Positions 18,054 through 28,759 of a DNA stretch of 64,000 nucleotides are shown piece after piece. Positions within the stretch are counted from its first letter, which is position 1, and every line of letters begins with the position of its first letter. The notes below the pieces were generated by a model. That model was given only the letters and a program-made list of their open reading frames with translations. It searched no databases and was not told where the DNA came from. The stretch is from Candidatus Methanomethylicia archaeon (GTDB lineage Archaea > Thermoproteota > Methanomethylicia > Nezhaarchaeales > B40-G2): assembly GCA_029259155.1 (NCBI GenBank), contig JAPDJI010000026.1, forward strand, positions 1 to 64,000, read 5' to 3'. The position numbers and the translations under genes were made by a program.

Positions 18054-18157
18054 CGCCGGGGGTGGGATTTGAACCCACGCGCCCCAGACGGGGCACCGGC
18101 TTTCTCGCCAAGGAAAAAGCTCAAGGCCGGCGCTTTAGACCACTCAGCCACCCCGGC
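18054..18157 (-). tRNA. trnS: tRNA-Ser(TGA) with an 18-nt canonical intron (18102-18119)
   Basis: GCCGGGG acceptor, G73, anticodon stem CCGGC/GCCGG, long variable arm, GGTTCAAATCC T arm; BHB central helix CTTG:CGAG. Confidence 0.95.
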
Positions 18158-18201
18158 TCATTGAAGAAAGCTGAGGGAGCTCCACTTAACCTTGCTGGTC
18201 T

Positions 18202-21200
18202 TTAAGGGGAGGGCAACTTGATACCCATCTCATAGCTTTCACCATCGATAGTCCATCGTTTAACGTAGAAGCCCTTCTCAACCGTCCCTACACCTGTCCT
18301 CAAGGATAGTTGTCTTACTCGGACCTCTTGGCGTATATAGTCCTCCATCCGTTTAAGCCTTGACAAAGACGCATCGCTAGGGACATTAATGAAGGCGTCC
18401 ACGTAAGCCTCCACCGGTAGATCTAGGTTCTTCCTCATCTCTTGCAGCCTCCTAACCACTTCTCTAGCCAAGCTCTCAGCAGCGAGCTCCTCGGTTACCT
18501 CCACGTCTAGGTAGAGGATACCTCCTCGAAACTTAGCCTTAACGAGGCCTTCCTTTAACCTAACCTCCTCCCCAGGGGTTAAGAACTCTAAGTCCTTGAT
18601 GTTCATCTGGTCGAGGAGTAGGTGACGTAGGCGTTCTATGCAGTCCTTAACCTTGGTCTCCTCGCTCATGATCAACGCTTTCCCTAGAGGCTTCCGAAGC
18701 TTAAGCCCAGCAGCCTGTCTAGCGCTTAGCGACGCCTCGACGATATTTCTAGCGATGTCCATAAGGGCCTCTAGGTCTTCATCTATCAGTGATTCGTCCG
18801 GCTCTGGCCAACGGCATAGGTGGATGCTCTTGGGCATCGAGGAGGAGAGAGGCCTAAACATGTGCTGATAGATGTGCTCTGCGAGGAGAGGTATGAAAGC
18901 AGCAGCCATCCTTAGGAAAGCGTACAGCGCCTGGTAAAGGGCGTAGTATGCTGCAAGCTTGGCAGGGTCAGATTTATCGATCCATGTCCTACGCCTGATA
19001 AGCCTTATGTACCATCTGCTGACGTCATCGAGGATGAAGGAGCTTAAAGCTCTTAAAGCTTCATGGATAGTCAAACCATCAAGCGAGGAGGACACTTGTT
19101 TAATCAGCCTCTGTGTCCTTGAAAGCAACCATTTATCTTCAGGTGCCAGCCACTCCCTAACCTCCTCGCCCAATGAGAGCGGGTTAAACCTATCCAGGTT
19201 CATGTAGAGGCTGGCGAAGTAGAAAGTGTTCCATAGTACGTTAAGGTCGCGGTAGGCCTCCTCGACGCCTCTCCAAGAGAAGTGAAGGTCCTCCCAAGTG
19301 GTGCATGAAAGCTCATACCACCTTAGAGCGTCTCTACCGTACTTCCCGATGACCTCCTCCGGGTATACTATGTTGCCCAGCGACTTATGCATCGCCCTTC
19401 CCTGCTCGTCAAGCGAGAAGCCGTGGACCAGGACGTTACGGTAAGGCGCCTTATCGAACACCACCATGCTCGTGACCAGTAGCGTGTAAAACCAGCCCCT
19501 CGTCTGGTCATGGCCCTCCAGCACTAAGTCGGCAGGCCACCATTTACCCAGCTCATCATCTCTACTAGGATACTTAAGACAAGCCCAAGAGGCAGCTCCA
19601 GAGTCCATCCACACGTCTAGCACGTCAGGCACCCTTCTCATCAACCCACCACAGGAGCAGCGGAGCAGGACTTCGTCTATCCAGGGCCTATGAAGGTCTA
19701 AGGGGTCGGGCAACGGTGAGGCGGCTTCCTCTTTAAGCTCCTTTAAGGAGCCTATCACCTTAAAGGAAGAGCAACGTTCGCAGACCCATACAGGTAGAGG
19801 TACCCCCCAATATCGTTGTCTAGAGATAACCCAATCCTTCGCCTCCTCGAGCCATTTCCTAAACCTCATCTGACCTGCCCATTCAGGAGCCCACCTGACA
19901 CGGTCGTTCTCCTCTAAGAGACGGTCACGTATAGCGGTCACCTTAATGAACCATTGAGTAGCCGCCTTCAGTATTAGCGGCGATTTGCACCTCCAACAGT
20001 GAGGGTAGCGATGCGCGATGGTTCCTTTTGCCAGGAGGAGACCCTTAGCTTCTAGATCTTTTATGATCTCCTCGTCAGCATCAAACACAAACTTACCAGC
20101 ATACTTCCCAGCTTCCGCCGTGTATACTCCTCTCTCATCAACTGGCGAAAGTATGGGGAGACCGTAGCTTAAACCCACCTCGAAGTCTTCTTCACCATGC
20201 CCTGGAGCTGAGTGAACACAGCCCGTACCTTCAGTTAAGGTTACGTACTCAGCGCTCAGTACCACCATATGTGCTGGGCTCACTTCTAGCTGTTTAGGTA
20301 CTTCTTCCGCTAGAGGAGGATGGTACCTTAAGCCTTCAAGGTCGCTGCCGGGGAAGGACTCGAGGATCTCATAGCTCAAGCCAGCCTCCTTGAATACCTC
20401 CTCACACCTCGCCTCAGCTAGGATGTATATTTCATCTCCTGCCTTCACCCTGACGTAGGTGTAGTCAGGGTGAACCATAACCGCCACGTTAGCCGGTAAG
20501 GTCCAAGGAGTGGTGGTCCAGATCAAGATATACTCCTTATCCCTACCCTCTAAGGGGAACTTAACGTAGATGGAGGGGCTCTTAACCTCTCTATACTCCT
20601 CGGTAACCTCATAGCCAGCTAACACCGTGCCACACCGAGGACACCAGTGGACTACCTTAACACCCCTCCAGAGGAGGCCCCTCTCGTGAGCTCGTTTAAC
20701 CACTAGCCATACAGCCTCTATGTAGTCGTTGTCGATGGTTCTGTACGGCTTTTCCCAGTCCATCCACACCGCTAAGTTCTTGAACTGTTTAGTTAACACC
20801 TCTAGGTTTTCTAGGGCGTAGGCTCGACATTCATTCACGAAATGAGCTACACCGAGCTTCTCCTCGATCTCCCTCTTAGAGCCTAGGCCTAGCCTCCTCT
20901 CCACCATAACCTCTATGGGAAGCCCGTGCATATCGAAGCCAGGTTGATCACGGACGTCGTAACCCTTCATTCGATGGTACCGCAGAAACACATCCTTGAT
21001 CAGCTTATTCCAAGCTGTGCCCACGTGGATAGGGTTAGTCACGTAAGGAGGGCCATCTAGGAAGTAGAACTTAGGCCCTCCTCTACCAGCTTCCTTAGCT
21101 TCACGGTATATCCCATCCTCCTCCCACCACTTCAGCAAGGCTTCCTCGTATGACCTAGGGTCAAAGCGTTTAGGCAGGAGACCTATGTAGCCTTGGTTTC

Positions 21201-21216
21201 CCGTCTCCCTCACCAC
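18202..21216 (-). CDS. ileS: Isoleucine--tRNA ligase
   Basis: LDGPPY, HVGT (HIGH equivalent), WTTTPWTLP, DWVISRQRYWG, EGHDQTRGWF, AMHKS. Confidence 0.98.
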   Translation of the reverse strand: MVRETGNQGYIGLLPKRFDPRSYEEALLKWWEEDGIYREAKEAGRGGPKFYFLDGPPYVTNPIHVGTAWNKLIKDVFLRYHRMKGYDVRDQPGFDMHGLPIEVMVERRLGLGSKREIEEKLGVAHFVNECRAYALENLEVLTKQFKNLAVWMDWEKPYRTIDNDYIEAVWLVVKRAHERGLLWRGVKVVHWCPRCGTVLAGYEVTEEYREVKSPSIYVKFPLEGRDKEYILIWTTTPWTLPANVAVMVHPDYTYVRVKAGDEIYILAEARCEEVFKEAGLSYEILESFPGSDLEGLRYHPPLAEEVPKQLEVSPAHMVVLSAEYVTLTEGTGCVHSAPGHGEEDFEVGLSYGLPILSPVDERGVYTAEAGKYAGKFVFDADEEIIKDLEAKGLLLAKGTIAHRYPHCWRCKSPLILKAATQWFIKVTAIRDRLLEENDRVRWAPEWAGQMRFRKWLEEAKDWVISRQRYWGVPLPVWVCERCSSFKVIGSLKELKEEAASPLPDPLDLHRPWIDEVLLRCSCGGLMRRVPDVLDVWMDSGAASWACLKYPSRDDELGKWWPADLVLEGHDQTRGWFYTLLVTSMVVFDKAPYRNVLVHGFSLDEQGRAMHKSLGNIVYPEEVIGKYGRDALRWYELSCTTWEDLHFSWRGVEEAYRDLNVLWNTFYFASLYMNLDRFNPLSLGEEVREWLAPEDKWLLSRTQRLIKQVSSSLDGLTIHEALRALSSFILDDVSRWYIRLIRRRTWIDKSDPAKLAAYYALYQALYAFLRMAAAFIPLLAEHIYQHMFRPLSSSMPKSIHLCRWPEPDESLIDEDLEALMDIARNIVEASLSARQAAGLKLRKPLGKALIMSEETKVKDCIERLRHLLLDQMNIKDLEFLTPGEEVRLKEGLVKAKFRGGILYLDVEVTEELAAESLAREVVRRLQEMRKNLDLPVEAYVDAFINVPSDASLSRLKRMEDYIRQEVRVRQLSLRTGVGTVEKGFYVKRWTIDGESYEMGIKLPSP

Positions 21217-21304
21217 CTTAACTAAGACTCGGCTCGTTAAAGAGTGGAGGACGCCTTTAAATCTTTGAGCCGCGCTAGCTTTATGAACGCCTAGTTACCA
21301 CCAT

Positions 21305-23509
21305 TTGGGAAGCAGGTGGAGGTTTAGGTTGAGGAAGCCAACGTTAAAGTTCACGCTTCCAGAGCTGCCACGTCAATTAAAAGCTGGAATTAACGTTGAG
21401 AAGCTCGTGATCATAGCAGCCTTAACCACCGTCTTCATCACCGCCCTCCTCTTGAGGCTACTTCGCCTTAAATACGGCATCTACTTGCTCGATGAGTTTG
21501 ACCCTTACTTCCAGTACTGGATGGCTAAGTACGTAGCTGACCGAGGCTGGACGGGGTTCATAGACTGGTTCTATTGGTACAACGACCCTAAGTTCTGGCA
21601 TCCCTATGGGAGAGACGTGATTCACACAGCCTTTCCAGGTGTAGCGTTCACAGGGGCGTTCTTCTACCTCCTCCTTAAGTCGGTAGGGATCAACATGGAC
21701 TTGATGAGCGTCTGCGCCTTCCTACCGGCCTTCATGGGCTCCCTGACCGTAGTACTCATGTATAACTTAGGCAAGGAGGTCGAAGGCAAAGCCACCGGGC
21801 TCTACGCGGCAGTGTTCATGGCATTTAACGCTGCTTACCTAAGCAGGACGCTCTTCGGCTTCTTCGACGACGAGAGCGTAGGTATCTTCGCTCTAGTATG
21901 CTCCCTCATCTTCTACGCGAGGGCCTTAAAGCGGGAAGGGAGAATACTTGACGCTTTACTTGCCGGGCTATTTCTAGGCTACATGGCTAGTGCCTGGGGT
22001 GCTGCCACCTATGCCATTAACCTCTTCGCGTTACACGCCATATTGATGGTTTTTATAGGAAAGTACAGCCGAAAGCTGCTCTTCACCTATTCTGCAACCA
22101 TGAGCGTTGCGCTCCTAATAGCCTCCTTGATACCTAAGCATGGGCCAGGCTTCCTAGCATCAGGCTTAAGCTTCCTAGCTCTCGTAGCCTACGCCACCTT
22201 AGCTATAGCTGAGGTTTCCTCAAACCTAGAGAAAAGAAAAGAAAGAATAGCCCTGCTCTCCTCCATCCTTACAGCTCTAATCGTGGGTTTCGCTGGACTA
22301 TGGCTATTAGGCTACTTGACAGCACCAGAAAGGTACTTCTCGGTTCTATATCCAACCATCAGGAGCCCACTCGTAGCCTCAGTAGCTGAACACCAAGCCA
22401 TAACCTGGATGCACTTCTTCCTAGATTTTCAGTTAGCTTTACCTTTAGCCTTCTTCGGACTATACATAGTGCTAAGAAGAAGAACTGAGATGGATCTACT
22501 GATAGCCTTAATGGTAGCCACAACAATATACGCTGCAGCCTCCATGGCTAGGCTTCTCGTGTTACTAGCTCCATTGATCTGCCTCTTGGCAGGGATAGGC
22601 TTCAGCCATCTCATTAAACCATTAGCTCAACGGATAATGTCAGAGGAAGGAGGAAGGAGGAGAAGGTATGTGCTTGGGTTGAATAAGAAATGGAGCTACG
22701 CATTAACTGTGCTTACGGTCATTTTCTTCACACCTTTAGCTTCACCAGCTGTCCTACCCATTACCAATAGCAGCCAGGGGCTCGTAGCGAGGGCTAGTAC
22801 ACCTCAAATGATAGCTACCTCTGCGTTTGCCCTAACTACACCTGTACCAGACTGGATAAACACTTTAGCATGGATGAGAGACAACCTTCCTCCCGACGCG
22901 GTTGTAGCTAGCTGGTGGGACTATGGCTACCATATATCTGTCATGACTAATAGGACCAGCACCTGCGACAACGCTGCGTTGGATCATAAACACATAGCCA
23001 AGATAGCTAGAGCCTTCCTCTCTAACGAAACTGAAGCTCTCGAGATATATCGGGAGCTCAACGTAACCCATGTTGTGGTTTTCGGCTATGTAGTGCCGTA
23101 TTTAGCCATGCGCATCGGGGAAGGGTACGTATGGTATTATGCTTCTCTAGGCAACCTTGTAGGAGATGACGTGGTCAAGTCAGAGTGGATGGCCTTAATA
23201 GCAGGCCTAGACCCTGACGACTACCTGAAAGACGCGTATTTCGTTCATCCAACTACCAACACCATAACATCCATTAGAGTTCCAGCTGGAGAGAAAGCTG
23301 AGGATGCTATCATCTACCAGATGATCTTCAACAACTATGAAGGCCCACTAGCTGAGAGAGGCCCTATAATAAAGGATATCGTGGTAGACGATCAATGGAG
23401 GCCCGTAAACCTAGAAACATTCAACGTCAGGCCACTAGAACACTTTAATCTAGTCTATGCTAGTGAGCCAAACCACTTCATCCTGGTCTATGAAGTGGTT
23501 TACGACTGA
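21305..23509 (+). CDS. aglB: Oligosaccharyltransferase AglB/STT3
   Basis: EFDPYF, FDDE, SVAEHQ, WWDYG and DxxKxxxM motifs; polytopic membrane protein. Confidence 0.97.
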   Translation: MGSRWRFRLRKPTLKFTLPELPRQLKAGINVEKLVIIAALTTVFITALLLRLLRLKYGIYLLDEFDPYFQYWMAKYVADRGWTGFIDWFYWYNDPKFWHPYGRDVIHTAFPGVAFTGAFFYLLLKSVGINMDLMSVCAFLPAFMGSLTVVLMYNLGKEVEGKATGLYAAVFMAFNAAYLSRTLFGFFDDESVGIFALVCSLIFYARALKREGRILDALLAGLFLGYMASAWGAATYAINLFALHAILMVFIGKYSRKLLFTYSATMSVALLIASLIPKHGPGFLASGLSFLALVAYATLAIAEVSSNLEKRKERIALLSSILTALIVGFAGLWLLGYLTAPERYFSVLYPTIRSPLVASVAEHQAITWMHFFLDFQLALPLAFFGLYIVLRRRTEMDLLIALMVATTIYAAASMARLLVLLAPLICLLAGIGFSHLIKPLAQRIMSEEGGRRRRYVLGLNKKWSYALTVLTVIFFTPLASPAVLPITNSSQGLVARASTPQMIATSAFALTTPVPDWINTLAWMRDNLPPDAVVASWWDYGYHISVMTNRTSTCDNAALDHKHIAKIARAFLSNETEALEIYRELNVTHVVVFGYVVPYLAMRIGEGYVWYYASLGNLVGDDVVKSEWMALIAGLDPDDYLKDAYFVHPTTNTITSIRVPAGEKAEDAIIYQMIFNNYEGPLAERGPIIKDIVVDDQWRPVNLETFNVRPLEHFNLVYASEPNHFILVYEVVYD

Positions 23510-23682
23510 GTGAGGGAAGAGAGCTTCAGCATCCTTCTATACTTACCGTACTTATCCTCCGGAGAGAACTTAGCTGGGTGAGGGTTTTTTAAAGCCCCAC
23601 CACAGTAGGGACACCTCCCCTTATCTATCGTGTATCTACCGCACTGGAAGCACTTCATAAGGAGAGGCATAGGTCGCGTCAC
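23500..23682 (-). CDS. nop10: H/ACA RNP protein Nop10
   Basis: CxxC-YT-CPxCGG and HPAKFSPEDKYGKYR. Confidence 0.96.
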   Translation of the reverse strand: MTRPMPLLMKCFQCGRYTIDKGRCPYCGGALKNPHPAKFSPEDKYGKYRRMLKLSSLTQS

Positions 23683-24473
23683 CGTTTATGTATAAAGCTG
23701 CCATGTCCACCAAGAGACTTAAAGGACTTTAATGCGGTTTCAGCCACCTCCTTCATCACAGCTTCAGCCTTCTTGTAGTCCTCAGCCACCACCTCGATAC
23801 CATAGTGGGGCGCACCCGCTAAGTAGATCCTAACGTTATAGCCCTTATTCTTAGCCAACTTTAAGGCCTCTAAAAGAGACTGTTTAATGTGTAGAACCCC
23901 TTTAGGATGGATGCTTCTAAGCTCCAACATGCCTGAAACTTTAACTAAAGGTATCTCGATATGTTCCTTAGCTATCTCTAGTATGGCATCAGCCCATTCC
24001 TTAGATAAGCCAGCGTTTAAGAGGGCATCAAGCCCATGCCTCACAGCTTCTTCTAACCCAGCATAGATCTCTCCGTATTTATCCTCCAGCTTCCATCCAG
24101 CTTCATCATAAGCCTCGTCAAGCGTTTTACCCAGCTTCTTAGCTGCGAAGGAGAGTAGGGTCTCAGCGCGTTGAGCCCTCTTCCATTCGAACATCTTCCT
24201 CTCTTTCTCTACGCTTGAAGCTCTCCTTAATGATAGGTCTACATGTCCCTTGGCGGGGTTCACCTTTATTACCTTGAGCACAACCTTCTGACGCTCCCTT
24301 AGGAAGTCTCTTATGTTATGGAACCAGGAAGAAGACACCTCGCTCAGTGGAACGTAGCCTTTCCTGCCTCCATACTCATCGAGGGCCACGTAGGCTCCTT
24401 TATCAAATACCTCAGTCACCGTAGCAACTACCAGCTCGCCCACATCAGGGTAAGGTTTACGCTTCCTAGGCAT
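23679..24473 (-). CDS. eif2a: Translation initiation factor aIF2 alpha
   Basis: S1 domain PDVGELVVATV, VDLSLRR, GAPHY. Confidence 0.96.
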   Translation of the reverse strand: MPRKRKPYPDVGELVVATVTEVFDKGAYVALDEYGGRKGYVPLSEVSSSWFHNIRDFLRERQKVVLKVIKVNPAKGHVDLSLRRASSVEKERKMFEWKRAQRAETLLSFAAKKLGKTLDEAYDEAGWKLEDKYGEIYAGLEEAVRHGLDALLNAGLSKEWADAILEIAKEHIEIPLVKVSGMLELRSIHPKGVLHIKQSLLEALKLAKNKGYNVRIYLAGAPHYGIEVVAEDYKKAEAVMKEVAETALKSFKSLGGHGSFIHKR

Positions 24474-24484
24474 CCTAAACCACT

Positions 24485-24694
24485 TTATATCGTCTTTAAG
24501 ATCCTAGCCTCTATCCTAGCCTTTCCTCCTGTTGGATAAGCTAAGACTCTGCCACATACAAGGCATTTAACAAGAGTAGAGGCGTGACTAAAGATCATCT
24601 GGACGTTGCCGCATTCAGGGCATCTCACCTGCAAGAACCTAGACTTTGGTTGAGGTATAAGTTCCCTGAACTTAGACTTACCCGTAAACTTCAC
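24485..24694 (-). CDS. rps27e: 30S ribosomal protein S27e
   Basis: [24 protein letters not shown]. Confidence 0.97.
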   Translation of the reverse strand: MKFTGKSKFRELIPQPKSRFLQVRCPECGNVQMIFSHASTLVKCLVCGRVLAYPTGGKARIEARILKTI

Positions 24695-24990
24695 CTCCTA
24701 ACTACCTCAACAATCTCGAACTTCTTCGCTCTAACTCCTTTACGGTGCAAAACATACCCGCACTTCCTACACGTCAACTTTAACACCTGTTTCTTAGTTA
24801 CCTTGGCGAAGCGCTTCTGTTCGGGTTTACGCTTAGAGCCGTAGCCCTCCTTCTTAATGGCGTAGCGCCTCTCACCTTCAGCTAGCGCCCGCCTCTTCCC
24901 CCCTTTATAGAGGGCGACCGAATGTACAGTGTGAGCTTTGCAGCGTGGACAGTAGGTGGTGATAGTCTTAGGTACCTTCACTTCGGGCAC
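24691..24990 (-). CDS. rpl44e: 50S ribosomal protein L44e (eL42)
   Basis: [18 protein letters not shown]. Confidence 0.97.
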   Translation of the reverse strand: MPEVKVPKTITTYCPRCKAHTVHSVALYKGGKRRALAEGERRYAIKKEGYGSKRKPEQKRFAKVTKKQVLKLTCRKCGYVLHRKGVRAKKFEIVEVVRR

Positions 24991-25043
24991 CCTGCATCCG
25001 GCTACAGGGTATGGGTGGTTTATAACCTTACCTAGTAATTAGG

Positions 25044-25559
25044 TTAATCCAGTTCTACGGCTGTACCTTCCTCCACGTAACGTTGAGCCACGTCCCTAGG
25101 GAGGTATGCCAGCTCCTCCGCTTCGAAGGGCCCATACTCTACGTCGCCTTCCATCAACCTGGGCGCAGGCTTCAAGAACCTTATGAGCGTCATTTTAGGT
25201 TCCTCGACGCTCTCTACCAGAGACTTCAAGAAATCCTCTTTGCCTTGAAAAAGCGCTGTTAAAGCAGAGACCACCACTGCACGTTCTTCCTTCGTTAACA
25301 GCTCCGAGACCTGGTAGCCTTCTAAGGTTAAAGCTAAAGCTTTATGGACCCTCAGGTTGAAGAGGTCCTCGATCAGCGCCTTTAAAACAGCCATTTCCTG
25401 CTCTGCAATTATATAGTTGAGTGAGGAGGGATCTCCTGAAAGCTTAGCTCTAAGTTTAGCTAAGTAGCCACGAGCCCTCTCATAGAGGTCGGAGGGTAGC
25501 TTCTGTAGCCTATAGCTTGATCGCTCCAGCCTCCAGGTGTCCTTCAGTTCACTATACAT
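25044..25559 (-). CDS. GINS complex subunit Gins51/Gins15
   Basis: LQKLPSDLY, RVHK, LTKEE and B-domain YGPFEAEE; conserved position downstream of priS. Confidence 0.85.
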   Translation of the reverse strand: MYSELKDTWRLERSSYRLQKLPSDLYERARGYLAKLRAKLSGDPSSLNYIIAEQEMAVLKALIEDLFNLRVHKALALTLEGYQVSELLTKEERAVVVSALTALFQGKEDFLKSLVESVEEPKMTLIRFLKPAPRLMEGDVEYGPFEAEELAYLPRDVAQRYVEEGTAVELD

Positions 25560-25608
25560 TATCCCGTCGACAGCCCCCTTATAAGGTTGGTTTCAGCTAG
25601 TTAATAAC

Positions 25609-26853
25609 TTAAACTAGCCTAGCCAAGCCAGCTCTTAACAGGTATAGAGCTACAGCGCTCGGCAGCCGAACCTTGGAGTTCTTGTAAGGGCCGAAGCTCA
25701 TCTCCATTAAAGAGATCTCTGGAGCCTCCTCCACGTAGACCTTCACTTCGCCTTCCCTGAAAGCTACAGCGTCTCTTAGAGGGTCGAAGGTGTCAAGCTC
25801 ATTCAAAGTTAAGGGCATGGCTATGAGGCCTGTGTCGCCGTGAAGGGAGCCGGGCATACGTATAAGCCTCCTTATATCCGTAGTTACGCGTTCATCGATC
25901 TCGCAGTGCTGGAGCTCCACGGCTTTAGCTATCAACCCTTCCCAGAACCTTCTCCCATACTTAAGCAGCGCAGCCCATCTTGGAGGCGAAGACTCTATTG
26001 CTTTCAAGAGGATGTCCTTGGAGGCTAATATAGCCTCGGCTTCATGCCTCCTTGAAGGCGGAAGTAGGGCTACAAGGTCTTCGAGGCTGGCTCTGCTAAG
26101 GAAACTATAGATCCCCCGAGCTATTCTACCCCTCCAGCCAGGGTTATCGAGAGATGGAGGAGTATAGGATCCCTTAACCGCAAGGTGGAAACCATGAACC
26201 TCAGGCTTGATGCTAACTGCTTTCACGTAGTCTACCACCTCTCTCCTAGCATATTGATCGAGCTCCTTCACTGCCTCCGACTCTACATGGAGATGGTAGC
26301 CTCTACGTCCAGAGAAGGCTAGGTGGATTTCATTAGAGGAAAAGCCGAAGTCTGGCATCAAAAACTCCTCTACAAGTTTGAAAACCTCATCCTTAGCGGC
26401 CTCTAAGCAGCTACGACATAGGTAGAAGCTTTCAGACTTAAGCCTCCTACCTTCACAGTTAGGGCATCTTTCAGGCTGGAGACCTTTACCTACGAAGCCG
26501 CAGTCTAAGCAAGTCCACTTATCATGCTTCTCCTTACACGGAGTAGGTAGGTGGTCTGAGTCTATGTCAAAGACCAGGTCTGCTCCCATCCATCCCTTAA
26601 GGTCCATGTCCTTCTCTTCAGGAGTGAGGTAGTAAGCTGATGAGTAGTAGATGTGTGATGGAGGCCCGCTTTTAATAAAAGACCTCAACTTTTCCTCTGA
26701 GTGAAAGCCCACATGCCTTATCATCTCCCCTCGATCGAAGAAGAGGAACGCAAATTCCCTCTTATCCAGGTTTGATGGGGGCTTAAGCTTACAGGAAGCA
26801 CTACTATAGTAGCTCTTAAAGAGAGATTTGACGAAGCGTATGGCTGGATCCAC
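25609..26853 (-). CDS. priS: DNA primase small subunit with extended Cys-rich Zn region
   Basis: REFAF, YYSSAYY, DLVFDID, FSGRRGYH, IDERVTTDIRRLIRMPGSLH. Confidence 0.96.
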   Translation of the reverse strand: MDPAIRFVKSLFKSYYSSASCKLKPPSNLDKREFAFLFFDRGEMIRHVGFHSEEKLRSFIKSGPPSHIYYSSAYYLTPEEKDMDLKGWMGADLVFDIDSDHLPTPCKEKHDKWTCLDCGFVGKGLQPERCPNCEGRRLKSESFYLCRSCLEAAKDEVFKLVEEFLMPDFGFSSNEIHLAFSGRRGYHLHVESEAVKELDQYARREVVDYVKAVSIKPEVHGFHLAVKGSYTPPSLDNPGWRGRIARGIYSFLSRASLEDLVALLPPSRRHEAEAILASKDILLKAIESSPPRWAALLKYGRRFWEGLIAKAVELQHCEIDERVTTDIRRLIRMPGSLHGDTGLIAMPLTLNELDTFDPLRDAVAFREGEVKVYVEEAPEISLMEMSFGPYKNSKVRLPSAVALYLLRAGLARLV

Positions 26854-26855
26854 GC

Positions 26856-27899
26856 TCAGGGGCTTGCACCTCCACGTAGAGCCCTCTTGTAGTAGCTTAG
26901 AGGATGCTTAATCCTCTGGCATAGAGAATCAGGCGCTACGCATAGGTTAAAGGTCCTTAAGGTCTCACAGTTTGGAGGTGTATACCTGGTCTTAGCCCCT
27001 ATCTCACCGGCTATGTGCTTAACATGGTATAACGTCTTCCTCTCATCAAAGTCTGGTAGGCGCCTGAAAACCTCGATAACCTCCTCGATGCTTTTACCTA
27101 TGCTTAACATGAAGGAGGCCAGCGTGAAACGAGCCATATGTGGTAGCTGCTTCCCAGCCTGAGCTTCTTCCAAGAGGGTCTTTATACATGGAGGATAAGC
27201 TTCCTCAGAGCTCTTCACGGCTGCTTCAACGATCGGCAGAGGCTTCTTCGAGACCCTGGTTTTAGCAAGCTCCAAGATACGCTCCACACCTTCACGGACT
27301 GGCTGAGGAGGCTCAGATAGCTGCGGAGCAGCTGAAGCCTTCTCTAAGAGGCGTTCACGTATAGCTTCAGCCATCATTCTAGCTAGTTCATGTCGCTGAA
27401 GGTATACCCTGCCAGACACCAGCACCCTATTGATCAGCTTCCAATGAGGGGACTTGAAGCCTAAGGCTACCTTCAAGTAATCCTCCCATCTAACTGAAAA
27501 TTCGTATATCCTATATCCTACGTTAAGCCTAGCCCTCTTAACGTCCCAGTTAAAGGTACCGCTCGCCAGGGACAACAGCTTATCGGGGGATTCCTCTCGA
27601 AGCAGCGAGAAAGCTCTCTTCGCTTCAGCCTCAGCAAACCTACTGGTGATAATCTTGTCACCGCTGAGGGAAACCATCAACACCGCTACGGGATAGGAGA
27701 ATATCTCTACATCAAGCCGGTCGAGCTTGACGGAGACTAAGGCTTTATTTAACGCCTCCTCAACCCTCTCCAACGCTCTCTTCAACACTTCCTGGTGTTC
27801 AGGGCTTGAGAGCTCCTCAACGGTGAGGCCCCTTGATTTAACGTAGCTTTGAGCTTCAACGCTAAACGGGTATTTGGCTAAGTCCTCTAACGTCAGCAC
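26856..27899 (-). CDS. priL: DNA primase large subunit
   Basis: LAKYPF and Fe-S cysteines PPCI, PPNC, LC..C, HPLSYY. Confidence 0.95.
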   Translation of the reverse strand: MLTLEDLAKYPFSVEAQSYVKSRGLTVEELSSPEHQEVLKRALERVEEALNKALVSVKLDRLDVEIFSYPVAVLMVSLSGDKIITSRFAEAEAKRAFSLLREESPDKLLSLASGTFNWDVKRARLNVGYRIYEFSVRWEDYLKVALGFKSPHWKLINRVLVSGRVYLQRHELARMMAEAIRERLLEKASAAPQLSEPPQPVREGVERILELAKTRVSKKPLPIVEAAVKSSEEAYPPCIKTLLEEAQAGKQLPHMARFTLASFMLSIGKSIEEVIEVFRRLPDFDERKTLYHVKHIAGEIGAKTRYTPPNCETLRTFNLCVAPDSLCQRIKHPLSYYKRALRGGASP

Positions 27900-27928
27900 C
27901 CTTAAGCCCCACCTCGCTTTGGTGGGGG

Positions 27929-28678
27929 CTACTCCTCAAGGCGGGGCGCTAGCCAATACTGTATACGTCCACCGCCAGGAAGGTCGAAGATTAACGTGAG
28001 AGGTATATTGGTTGAGAACTGAAGCTCCATAATATCTGAGGCCGCCGAAGCCTTCATCATGTCAGTGAGGTAGCTTAAGCTATACATAGCCCTTGAAGGC
28101 TCCTTCACGTTGAGCTCAAGTAAAGCACCGCCCTCCTTACTGAAGGTGGTGGAGGACTCTCCTTTATCGCTCGAGGACTGGAAAACCAGTTCATCTGGAG
28201 TTGCCTGTATCTTGACGTGGTCGCTAACCAGCTCAGCGTCTTTAAGAGCCTCCTCAACAGCATCTGCCAGGAGCCTAGCCTGCACATTAAACGAGATACG
28301 AGGAGTGGGCAGCTCTTCGTAACCTAGATCAAGCAAGGGTACGGCAAAGCCCCTTGTAATCCTACCCCTAAATCTAACCCTGAGCCTACCTTCATCTGGC
28401 TTCAGCTCCAGCTCTAGCTTCTCTCCTGAAGAAGCTCGTTTAACCAGTTTGTTAAATTGGTCAAGGTTAACGCCTGCCTTCGCCTCAGCTTCACAATCAT
28501 ATTCCTCGAAGGAGGTGCTGGGCATCTCGAAGTCGACCATAGCTATCCTTGAAGGGTCCATAGCTCTCATCCTGATGCCTTCAGGGGAGAAGGTGAAGGT
28601 GGCCTCGTCAACCATGGTGGATAAGGCTTGAATGATGCTGCGCCATAGCTTAGCATCGTGAAATACGACTTTAACCAA
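27929..28678 (-). CDS. pcn: PCNA sliding clamp
   Basis: AMDPSRIAMV, YSLSYL, C-terminal LAPR. Confidence 0.97.
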   Translation of the reverse strand: MVKVVFHDAKLWRSIIQALSTMVDEATFTFSPEGIRMRAMDPSRIAMVDFEMPSTSFEEYDCEAEAKAGVNLDQFNKLVKRASSGEKLELELKPDEGRLRVRFRGRITRGFAVPLLDLGYEELPTPRISFNVQARLLADAVEEALKDAELVSDHVKIQATPDELVFQSSSDKGESSTTFSKEGGALLELNVKEPSRAMYSLSYLTDMMKASAASDIMELQFSTNIPLTLIFDLPGGGRIQYWLAPRLEE

Positions 28679-28759
28679 CTAAGACCCTCCAACGAAAGCT
28701 TTACGCAGAGCCCCTTATACTTACTGCGGCAAGGATATTTAAAGGCAGTTAGCGGCGTC

